Origin: Actinomycetota bacterium | Lineage (GTDB): Bacteria > Actinomycetota > Acidimicrobiia > Acidimicrobiales > Ilumatobacteraceae | Reading direction: 5' to 3' | Assembly: GCA_041156905.1 (NCBI GenBank) | Contig: JBEBDM010000019.1 | Location: forward strand, 1-26,802 | DNA: 26,802 bases | Shown: positions 1-7,946 of the stretch, in pieces | How the letters are laid out: every line of letters starts with the position of its first letter | Position numbering within the stretch: position 1 is the first letter of the stretch | Made by a program: the position numbers and the translations under genes | The notes under the pieces: generated by a model | Database searches by the model: none | What the model saw: only the letters and a program-made list of their open reading frames with translations | Told to the model about the DNA's origin: nothing

Positions 1-1021
1 CCGGTGCGGGGCCGTCGACGAGTTCGAGCCCGGCTTCCTCGTAGTAGTTGCGGACGTCGTGACAGGCCGCGACGGGGTTCCCGCCAGGGATGCCGGCCTC
101 GAGCCACGGGGTGCCGGTGGCAATGGCGTGCAGCGCAGCCAGCACGTCGGGGACACCATCAGCGTCGACCGAGCGACCCACTGCGGTGAGGCCGCGTCGG
201 GCGAGGCTCCGGTCGTACGCCTTCCGCATCCCGCGCGCCTCGTCGACCGCGGCGGGGAGCGTCGGGTCGTAGCGCGGCGGGATGGCGCACGAAACAGGGG
301 AGTCGTCCGACTCGATCACCTCGGGGTGGTCGACGAGGACGGGACCGCTCGGCGCATCGAGCAGGGCCAGGGCGCGTGTGATGACGTCGGTCTGGAACGC
401 CGGGTCATTCGGCTTCCCGAGCGGACGGCCGAGGGGGAACTCACAGTGCAGGGCTCTCGGTGGCGAGACCTTCTCGCACATCGGCCGGATGGAGGAGAGC
501 ACGACGGTGGCGATCCCGGCGGCTTCGAAGACATGGGCGAGCACACTCACGGTGCGCGTACAGAGAGGTCAAACGGGAGTGAGGAGGACGACATCGACTC
601 CGTCGTCGCGGAGCGCTGCGGCCGCCCGGGGTCCGCTGTCGAGACGGATGGTGGCGACGTCATCGGGCTGGTTGCCGGCGAAGGAGACGTGCCGTGGTGC
701 GACCGAGCCGATGATTCCCTGCGCGGCGAGTTCCTCGAGGCGGTCGATCGGATAGACGACGTTGAGGTCGAGCAGGAAGCCGGTGTGGTCGAAGTTCGGG
801 CTCCAGTGACCCATCACGAGATCACGGCGCTCCCTGTCGATCAGCCGGAACTCGGTGTCGACGGCGGAGAACGCGCCGCCATCGGAGGGGTGGAGCGCAG
901 CGGAGGTCACGATGGCGACGCGCGACTCGGAGAGAGGCCGGGGAGTGACCCAGGCAAGGGTGTCGAAGGTCGGGGCGGGAAGGCCCGCCGCGAACTGCCG
1001 CATCGTGTCGTCGCCGCTCAT
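1..1021 (-). CDS. PrdB/GrdB-like (glycine/betaine/sarcosine/D-proline reductase selenoprotein B family) selenoprotein with UxxC motif; 3' end runs off the window; at least 340 aa; in-frame TGA at 569-571 read as Sec151
   Basis: ORF 569..1021 has family motifs (RVAIVTSAALH, GHWSPNFDHTG..DLNVVYPIDRLEEL, DGVDVVLLTPV) and ends at TGA. I translated past it by hand: U-PLC-TRTVSVLAHVFEAAGIATVVL...PPRALHCEFPLGRPLGKPNDPAFQTDVITRALALLDAP..., with no stop for 189 codons down to position 2. This matches the C-terminal half of PrdB/GrdB proteins as I recall them. Confidence 0.88.
541..557 (-). promoter_or_regulatory. Candidate bacterial SECIS hairpin
   Basis: Minus strand reads TGA + 11 nt (CCTCTCTGTAC) + GCGCAC-CGTGA-GTGTGC: a 6-bp stem (one G-U pair) with a GU-containing 5-nt loop. 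Spacing and size match the minimal E. coli fdhF SECIS (17-nt stem-loop 11 nt after UGA). Confidence 0.65.
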
Positions 1022-1034
1022 GGCGCGACCCTAG

Positions 1035-1472
1035 TCAGACGCGGTCGGAGTCGGGATCGTCGGAGGGTGCGGCGGAGGGGGACTCTCCCGACCACGTGAG
1101 GCCGGCCTTCGCGGCGGCGCGCTCCACTGCCTCGAGCAGGTCGTGCACCGAGCCGTGGCAGGCCTCGAGTTCGTCGGGGTCGAGGAGGATCACGACCCCG
1201 CCGTCATCGGTCTCGGCGACCACGGCCGGAGCGACGCCAGAGAGAGCCGCCCGGACCTGATCGGGTTGGTCGTCGAGGTGCACCGTGTCGAAGCGCACGT
1301 GCAGCGAGTCTCGGCACTCACGCCACTCGGCCTTGGGGGAGAACAGACCGTGGGTGATGTCGCAGAGTGCGCAGTGGCGGCGGCCGAGGCGGGCACCGAT
1401 CCAGTAGGCGACCTCGCCGCGCAGGGTTCCCACGGCGTCGTAGACACCGACGAGTCGGGTGATCGCGGACAT
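1035..1472 (-). CDS. Conserved hypothetical protein with CxxC motif (HCALCDITHG), 145 aa, possibly thioredoxin-like or metal-binding
   Basis: C-terminal part of ORF 1035..2096; ATG at 1472 gives MSAITRLVGVYDAVGTLRGEVAYWIGARLGRRHCALCDITHG. The VY[DN]A..G...CxLCx[IL]TxG pattern resembles an uncharacterised family I recall from Actinobacteria. The upstream part of the ORF overlaps a better + strand gene. Confidence 0.7.
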   Translation of the reverse strand: MSAITRLVGVYDAVGTLRGEVAYWIGARLGRRHCALCDITHGLFSPKAEWRECRDSLHVRFDTVHLDDQPDQVRAALSGVAPAVVAETDDGGVVILLDPDELEACHGSVHDLLEAVERAAAKAGLTWSGESPSAAPSDDPDSDRV

Positions 1473-1526
1473 GCGGCATCTTCGCGCTGTCGGCGGCACG
1501 GCGCATCGCGGTGGTAGACAACGGCC

Positions 1527-2084
1527 ATGGGTGAGATCCTCCGGCGTCTGCGTCCCTCCGATCTCGATGCAGCCGGTCTCGCGCTGCGCGAGGCGATCGC
1601 GGGAGGACCTCGCGCATCGGGTCCGTTCCCGCTGGTCGATCCCGACGAAGCACTCAACGGCCCGTTCGGAGTGATGCTCCACGCCCCGGCCGTGGGCGGT
1701 GCCTTGTCGTCGCTCGGTGAGGCGATCCGATTCGGGTCCTCGCTCAGCCCCCGGGTACGCGAGATCGCGATCCTCGCCGTGGGCGCGACCCGTCGATCCG
1801 CGTACGAGATCTGGGCGCACGAACGAGTCGCCGCAGCCATGGGCTTCTCGCCCGAGGAGATCGCCGCGCTCGTCGACGGCTCCTGGCGCTCTGACGACGA
1901 GATCGAGTCGGTGGTCCACGAATCCGCCGTCGTGCTCGCGGGAGGTGGCGAGCTCCCGCCCGTACTCGCCACCCGGTTGGTCACAGCCCTCGGTGAATCG
2001 GGAGCCGTCGAGCTCGTGACCCTCGTTGGCTACTACTGCACCCTGGCCATGCTCCTCCAGGCCTTCCAGATCCCCACCCCCTGA
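1527..2084 (+). CDS. Carboxymuconolactone decarboxylase (CMD/AhpD-like) family protein, 185 aa
   Basis: Motifs LNGPFGVMLHAP, LSPRVREIAILAVG, YEIWAHERVA..G..PEEI and ELVTLVGYY are typical of the family. No AhpD CxxC. Confidence 0.85.
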   Translation: MGEILRRLRPSDLDAAGLALREAIAGGPRASGPFPLVDPDEALNGPFGVMLHAPAVGGALSSLGEAIRFGSSLSPRVREIAILAVGATRRSAYEIWAHERVAAAMGFSPEEIAALVDGSWRSDDEIESVVHESAVVLAGGGELPPVLATRLVTALGESGAVELVTLVGYYCTLAMLLQAFQIPTP

Positions 2085-2146
2085 CCCCCACCCCACCGAT
2101 CTCGGCGCAGATCGTCCCGGATTTCGGAACTATGCGTACCGAGATC
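2085..2146 (+). repeat. Dispersed palindromic (REP/MITE-like) repeat, copy 1 (core 2098-2146)
   Basis: CCCCCACCCCACC + GATCTCGGCGCAGATCGTCCCGGATTTCGGAACTATGCGTACCGAGATC; near-identical to the copies at 2851-2899 (inverted) and 16912-16960. Confidence 0.9.
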
Positions 2147-2178
2147 TTGGGTCGACCGGTTGGGTTATGGTGCGGCGC

Positions 2179-2832
2179 GTGAGCCACGCGCCCATCCCGG
2201 ACGGTGTCGACCCGCGCAGCGCCGAGTTGTTGCGCCGTGCCTATTCGCTCGACAACGTCTCGGATGGTCAGGAGCTCTACAGGGAGTGGGCCGAGACGTA
2301 CGACACGACGATGCTCGACGGGCTCGGGTATGTCTCACCCCGACTCGTGGTCGGTCTCGCCGCGGAGATGCGCGACCGGATCGTCGGCCCCGTGCTCGAC
2401 ATCGGTTGCGGGACCGGACTGCTCGGCTCGGAACTGCGTGCGGAGGGGTTCACCGACGTCGACGGGATCGACCTGTCGCCCGCGATGTTGGAGGTCGCCG
2501 CGCGTCGCGGCGCGTACAGGACCCTGCTCGAGGCCGACCTGACGGCCGTCCTCCCGATGGCCGACGCGGCCTACGGAGGTGCGGTGTGTGCCGGCACCTT
2601 CACGAGCGGCCACGTCGATGCATCCTGTCTCGACGAGATCGTGCGAGTACTGGCTCCGGGCGCGGTGCTGGTGTGCACCGTCCACCATTCCGTCTGGCAC
2701 GAACTCGGCTTCGATGTGGGCTTCGAACGGTTGTCGCGCTCTGGCGCTCTCACCGAGTTGACGCGACGCGAGGTCGGCTTCTACGACAACACGTCGGCCG
2801 ACGGATTCCTCTTGGCCCTGAGACGGCACTGA
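2179..2832 (+). CDS. Class I SAM-dependent methyltransferase, 217 aa
   Basis: Motif I VLDIGCGTGLLG, then GIDLSPAML and ELYREWAETYD. Start moved to GTG 2179 because a TATGGT -10 lies 7 nt upstream and the longer ORF start reads through the repeat. Confidence 0.88.
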   Translation: MSHAPIPDGVDPRSAELLRRAYSLDNVSDGQELYREWAETYDTTMLDGLGYVSPRLVVGLAAEMRDRIVGPVLDIGCGTGLLGSELRAEGFTDVDGIDLSPAMLEVAARRGAYRTLLEADLTAVLPMADAAYGGAVCAGTFTSGHVDASCLDEIVRVLAPGAVLVCTVHHSVWHELGFDVGFERLSRSGALTELTRREVGFYDNTSADGFLLALRRH

Positions 2833-2843
2833 CCCATCACGAG

Positions 2844-2927
2844 CCCCACGGATCTCGGTACGCATCGTCCCGGAATCCGGGACGATCTGCGCCGAGATCG
2901 GTGGGGTGGGGTGAGGTGGGGGTGGGG
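2844..2927 (-). repeat. Dispersed palindromic repeat, copy 2 (core 2851-2899, inverted relative to copy 1) with long G-run flank
   Basis: Reverse complement of the core is GATCTCGGCGCAGATCGTCCCGGATTCCGGGACGATGCGTACCGAGATC. It has a perfect 10-bp inner stem, and the outer arms extend to 2844-2906. It lies between convergent genes. Confidence 0.9.
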
Positions 2928-3685
<758 letters not shown>

Positions 3686-3686
<1 letters not shown>

Positions 3687-5728
3687 CAGCGGGCCTCCTG
3701 CGCCTTCTTGCGGACCTTCTGGTTCACGAGCACGGCCAGGAAGAGCACCGCGCCGAGGAAGATGTACTTGTTGTCGGTGTTCCAGCGAGCACCGGGGATA
3801 CCGGTGGCGAGCATCGCCGAGATCATCGCACCGAACGATGCGCCGATCACCGAGCCGTAGCCACCGGTGAGGAGGCAGCCACCCACGACGGCGGCGATGA
3901 TGTACTCGAACTCCTCGCCGACGCCCTGGCTCGCCGCCACCGACGTGTAGCGCAGTGCCGTCATCAGACCGACGAGGCAACCGACGAGCGACACCATCAT
4001 GAACAGACCGACCTTGGTGCGGTCGACGGGCACGCCGACAGCGCGGGCGGCGTCCTTGTTGCCGCCGACGGCGAAGATCCAGTTGCCCCAGCGAGTGCGG
4101 GCGAGCACGTAGGCGGCCACCATCGTGACGCCGGCCCACCACACGATGCTCACTCGCACCGGAGCGCCCGACCACGTGAGGCGGATCGCCATGGCGAGGA
4201 TCGCGATGGCCACACCGGTGAACACGATGTTGCGACCACGGCGATCGGCCTTCGACTCCGCGGCAGTGCGCTTGGTCATCATCGCCTCGATGAGCGAGTT
4301 ACCGAGCACGAGGGCGGCGGCGATCGCCATCGTGGCGAGGAAGCCGGAGCGGAAGCGATCGCTGCCGGCATCATGACGAACCAGCAGGCCCGTCCAGAGG
4401 ATGACGAGCGCAGCGAACGTACCGAGCAGCAACTGGGCCCGGCCCGACTCGCGACGTGCAGCGCCCTTGGCGGTGAGCAGGGCGAGGATGCCGAGTCCGC
4501 CGAGGCCGACCTGGACGGCGGAACGGAAACCCTGCTCGGTGCAGAGCTGGAGGAACGCGAGCACGGCGACGAGGCCCACGAGGCCGCCGACCACCGAGGT
4601 GGCGACGAGCATCGGCCACGCCCAGCGCGAGCGACGGGCTCCGCCGACCTGCGAGCGCATCCGGGCGAGACCGGCGCGGGCGACGGCCACGGTTCCGGCC
4701 GCTGCGGCGACCACGCCGATGGCGACCTTGATGCCGTGGGCGGGGATGCTCAGGAGCACCCGCGTCTCCTGCTTGTCGAGGAAGCGGGTGATCAGCCAGG
4801 CGAGGACGGTGGCGGCGACACCGCCAGCGAACGAACGAGTCGCGGTCGACGACCACCAAGCGCCCGAGAGCGACTTGGTTTCGTAGCGCCAGCGGGCGAG
4901 GCCCACCGTGGCGACGATCGCTCCGCCGAGGGAGACGACGGCGGCGAGCAGGTTGGCGCCGACACCGTCGGTGTTGTGGACGAGGAGGATGCCGGCCACG
5001 GTGGCGACGACGCCGATGACGAGGACGGGCAGGGCGGCGCCGTGGGCCTTCTCGCGGCGCACGAGCGACTGCTCGAGGAGGCCGACCACGACGAGTGCGG
5101 CGGCGACGAGGCCGCCGACCACGAGGATCGTGTCGCGCATGCTGAACGACTCGAGCACGTGGGTCGAGGCGAACACCTTGCGGAACGGCTCGAAGTCGCG
5201 CACCTCGTCGATGTTCTCGACGAGGACCTTGTCGACCATCCGCTTGGAGAAGACGAGGTTCGCGCCGCGCAGGACGAAGAAGGTGGCGAGTGTGACGATG
5301 AAGCTCGGTAGCCCCGTCTTGTTGACGAAGGTGCCGTTGAGCCAGCCGATCAGGGCGGCGGCCAGGAAGGCCACGGGGATGGCGAGCCACATGGTGGCGC
5401 CGTCTCCCATGAACTTCTGGGCGTAGAGGCCGACGAGGATGCCGGTCGATCCGGTCATGACACCGGCGGAGAGGTCGAACTCGCCGCCGATCATCAGCAG
5501 GGCGACTGCGACGGACATGATGCCCAACGGCGCTGCGCCGTCGAGCCACGACGCCGAGGTGGGCGCCGTCGAGAACTTCTCGCTGGTCGCCCAGAAGAGC
5601 GCCCAGACCATGATGGTGCCGATGAGGGCGCCGATCTCGGGTGAGATCAGCATGCGCTGCATGGGCCCGCGGAACGAGATCCGTTCGTCGCGCGAAGCGC
5701 CCCCTTGGACGGTGGCGTTGTCCGCCAT
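3686..5728 (-). CDS. Sugar ABC transporter permease (RbsC/BPD_transp_2 type) with about 330-aa hydrophobic insertion, 680 aa
   Basis: N-terminal motifs [10 protein letters not shown] and [12 protein letters not shown]; C-terminal motifs [23 protein letters not shown] and [21 protein letters not shown]. One continuous ORF. Confidence 0.9.
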
Positions 5729-5772
5729 CCGAGTCCCCCCTTGTGAATGAATGAGATCAATGGGTGACGACT

Positions 5773-5800
5773 GCGGGCCGGGGATTTCTCCCCGGCCCGC
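5773..5800 (-). terminator. Intra-operonic stem-loop after the substrate-binding protein gene
   Basis: Perfect 12-bp stem GCGGGCCGGGGA / TCCCCGGCCCGC with a GAAA loop on the transcribed strand and no U-tract. More likely an mRNA stabiliser or partial terminator than a full terminator. Confidence 0.6.
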
Positions 5801-5845
5801 CAGCGTCGCGTTCCCGTCGTCAGGACGACGGGTCAGTTGCTGTGA

Positions 5846-6838
5846 TCAGCGGGTACCGCCGGCGACGAGCGTCTTCACGTTGGCGACGTTGTCGGCCGTG
5901 ACGAAGCCCGGGCCGGTGTACACCGGCAGACCGCCGCCAACGGTGTTGGCGTTGGTGGCGTTGAGGTACAGGAAGACCACCGAGAGGTAGCCCTGGAGGT
6001 ACTGCTGCTGGTCGATCGTGAAGGCGATCTCACCGGCCTCGATGGCGTCGAGCAGGTCGGTCGAGAGGTCGACCGCACCGATCATGACCTCACGGCCGAG
6101 CTCCTTGGCCGCAGCGTTCGCCAGGACGGCACCGATGGGGCCGGTGGCGAAGATCGCGTCGATCGCCGGGTCGGCGTCGAGGGCGGCCTTGATCTCGCTC
6201 TGCGAGGTGGTCGGGTCAGCGTCGCCCGAGGTGTTGATCTTCACGACCTCGCCACCGAGGGTGTCGGCGGCACCGTCGCAGCGGGCCTCGAGGCCCACGT
6301 TCGACTGCTCCTGCATGACGCAGAGGACCTTGACCTTGCCGGCAGCGGCGAACTTCTCGCCCGCGCCCTGACCAGCGACGAACTCGTCCTGGCCGACGTG
6401 GGTGATGGCGCCGAGGCCCTTGAACAGGTCGGAACCCGAGTTCATGGTGATGACCGGGATGCCGGCGGCGACAGCGGCCTTGACCGAGGCCTCGAGGGCG
6501 CCCGGATCGGCGAGCGAGACGGCGATGCCGTCGACACCCGCGGCAACCGCGTCGTCGATCATCTTGGCCTGGGCGGCACCGTCGTTGTTGCCACCCTGGT
6601 ACTGCACGGTGATGCCGAGATCGGCACCGGCCGCCTCAGCGCCCTTCTGGGCGACCGACCAGAACACGCCACCGTCGCCGTGGGTGATGACGGCGATGGT
6701 CACGTCTTCGCCCTCGGTCACTTCGACGCTGTCGGTGGCAGCGGTGGTGCTGCCGGTCTCATCACTGCTGTCGCTGCAGGCCGTCGCGAGCAGCGCGAAG
6801 GCTGCGAGCGGGGCGAGCACGAAACGGCTCTTCTTCAT
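5846..6838 (-). CDS. Sugar ABC transporter substrate-binding lipoprotein (probably inositol-binding), 330 aa
   Basis: SD-like GAGGGG before ATG 6838; basic N-terminus and lipobox LLATA-C; Peripla_BP motifs THG..FWSVAQKGA, HVGQDEFVAG and FTIDQQQYLQGY. Confidence 0.9.
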   Translation of the reverse strand: MKKSRFVLAPLAAFALLATACSDSSDETGSTTAATDSVEVTEGEDVTIAVITHGDGGVFWSVAQKGAEAAGADLGITVQYQGGNNDGAAQAKMIDDAVAAGVDGIAVSLADPGALEASVKAAVAAGIPVITMNSGSDLFKGLGAITHVGQDEFVAGQGAGEKFAAAGKVKVLCVMQEQSNVGLEARCDGAADTLGGEVVKINTSGDADPTTSQSEIKAALDADPAIDAIFATGPIGAVLANAAAKELGREVMIGAVDLSTDLLDAIEAGEIAFTIDQQQYLQGYLSVVFLYLNATNANTVGGGLPVYTGPGFVTADNVANVKTLVAGGTR

Positions 6839-6897
6839 TTGTTTCCCCTCTGGGTTGTGGACAGGTGCCGGAATCCCGGCGGTTTCGCTGGAGCGGT

Positions 6898-7773
6898 TCA
6901 CGCTGCCAGAGACTTCAGGTACTCGATGCTCTGACGAACACCGAGGACCGGACCCTCGCCGAGCGGCGGCTCGCCGTCGGTGAGAGCAACATCTTGTTCG
7001 AGGACGTACCACCCCGGATAGCCCCGGGTCTCGAGTGCCGCGATCGTAGCCGCAATCGGGACGTCGCCGTTCCCGGCAGCCGGGAACAATCCGGCCTGGG
7101 TGGCGGTCATCAGGGTCAGTTCGCCGGCCCGCATCCGGCCAGCGACGGCCATGTCGACGTCCTTGATGTGCACCAGACCGACGCGATCGGAGTGCTTTTC
7201 GGCGATTTCGACCGGATTCGCCCCACCGATGTAGAGGTGACCGGTGTCGAGGGTGAACTTGACGGGCGAGTTGTCGAGGAAACGCTGGAACTCCTCGTCG
7301 AGCTCGAGAAGAGTGTTGACGTGGGGGTGGACGACCTGCACGAGCCCGTGCTCGGCGGCGATCTCGTCGACGATCAGGAGGTTCTCGAACACCGTGGCCC
7401 ACTCAGCCGACGAGATCTCGAGGTGCTCCCACGACTCATGGCTCGAGACGAGGGCGGACACGAAGTGCTGGCCACCACCGGCGACCAGCGTCTCGGCGGC
7501 GCTGCGGGCCTCAGCGACGAGCTGGTCGGCCTTGTCGGCACGGTGCATGATCAGCGGCACGAAGCCACCGATCATCCGCATGCCGTACTCGTCGAGCATC
7601 GTGCGGAGCGCGGTCGGCTCGGTGGGCAGCCAGCCGAGGGCGCCGAGTTCGGTGGCGGTGATGCCGAGTTCGCGCATCTCGCCGAGGACGCGACGCGGAT
7701 CGAGCTGCATGCCCCAGCCAGGGGCCTCGCAGATTCCCCACGAGATCGGTGCGGCGGCGATTCGGTCGAGCAT
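6898..7773 (-). CDS. iolE: Sugar phosphate isomerase/epimerase TIM-barrel protein, probable myo-inosose-2 dehydratase (IolE/MocC-like), 291 aa
   Basis: AAAPISWGICEAPGWG, VHPHVNT, LDTGHL, VHIKD and WYVLEQD metal-binding motifs. iol context, and no other iolE candidate in the window. Confidence 0.68.
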   Translation of the reverse strand: MLDRIAAAPISWGICEAPGWGMQLDPRRVLGEMRELGITATELGALGWLPTEPTALRTMLDEYGMRMIGGFVPLIMHRADKADQLVAEARSAAETLVAGGGQHFVSALVSSHESWEHLEISSAEWATVFENLLIVDEIAAEHGLVQVVHPHVNTLLELDEEFQRFLDNSPVKFTLDTGHLYIGGANPVEIAEKHSDRVGLVHIKDVDMAVAGRMRAGELTLMTATQAGLFPAAGNGDVPIAATIAALETRGYPGWYVLEQDVALTDGEPPLGEGPVLGVRQSIEYLKSLAA

Positions 7774-7852
7774 TCCTTGTCCTTGACGTCGGGTCGGGGG
7801 AGACAGGTCGGGCGGCAGGTGAACAGCGGGTGACTGCCGTCACGCGTCCGTA

Positions 7853-7881
7853 TGTTTACTCGTCAAACAAATCGTCGTCAA
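7853..7881 (-). promoter_or_regulatory. Candidate sigma70-type promoter for the iolE-ABC operon, overlapped by a TGTTT-N7-AAACA inverted repeat
   Basis: Minus strand TTGACG (7881-7876), 17 nt, TAAACA (7858-7853; imperfect -10). AT-rich island in GC-rich DNA. Inverted repeat at 7853-7869. Confidence 0.45.
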
Positions 7882-7886
7882 GGCGT

Positions 7887-7898
7887 ATGTCCTGACAT
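7887..7898. promoter_or_regulatory. Candidate IolR operator ATGTCCTGACAT
   Basis: Palindrome ATGTC-N2-GACAT. The inner TGTCCTGACA fits the Corynebacterium glutamicum IolR consensus KGWCHTRACA as I recall it. A similar site lies upstream of iolR. Confidence 0.6.
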
Positions 7899-7946
7899 TT
7901 CGTCTCTGGTCAGTTCCGCCTAGCCCGCCCGGCCCGACCAGCCCGG

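Noticed and set aside
569-571. Reading the TGA as a true stop or a pseudogene nonsense mutation
   Set aside because: It falls at the family's Sec position in a UxxC motif, is followed by 189 open codons with family-like sequence, and has a correctly spaced hairpin.
59-1099. 346-aa + strand ORF
   Set aside because: Antisense shadow of the selenoprotein gene with no recognisable motifs; its length reflects the open frame on the opposite strand.
1511-1529. Leaderless promoter for the CMD gene at 1527
   Set aside because: The hexamer is TAGACA and lacks the conserved final T, so it was not counted.
2085-2927. Repeats as a CRISPR array
   Set aside because: Copies are far apart, in mixed orientation, with no regular spacers and no cas genes.
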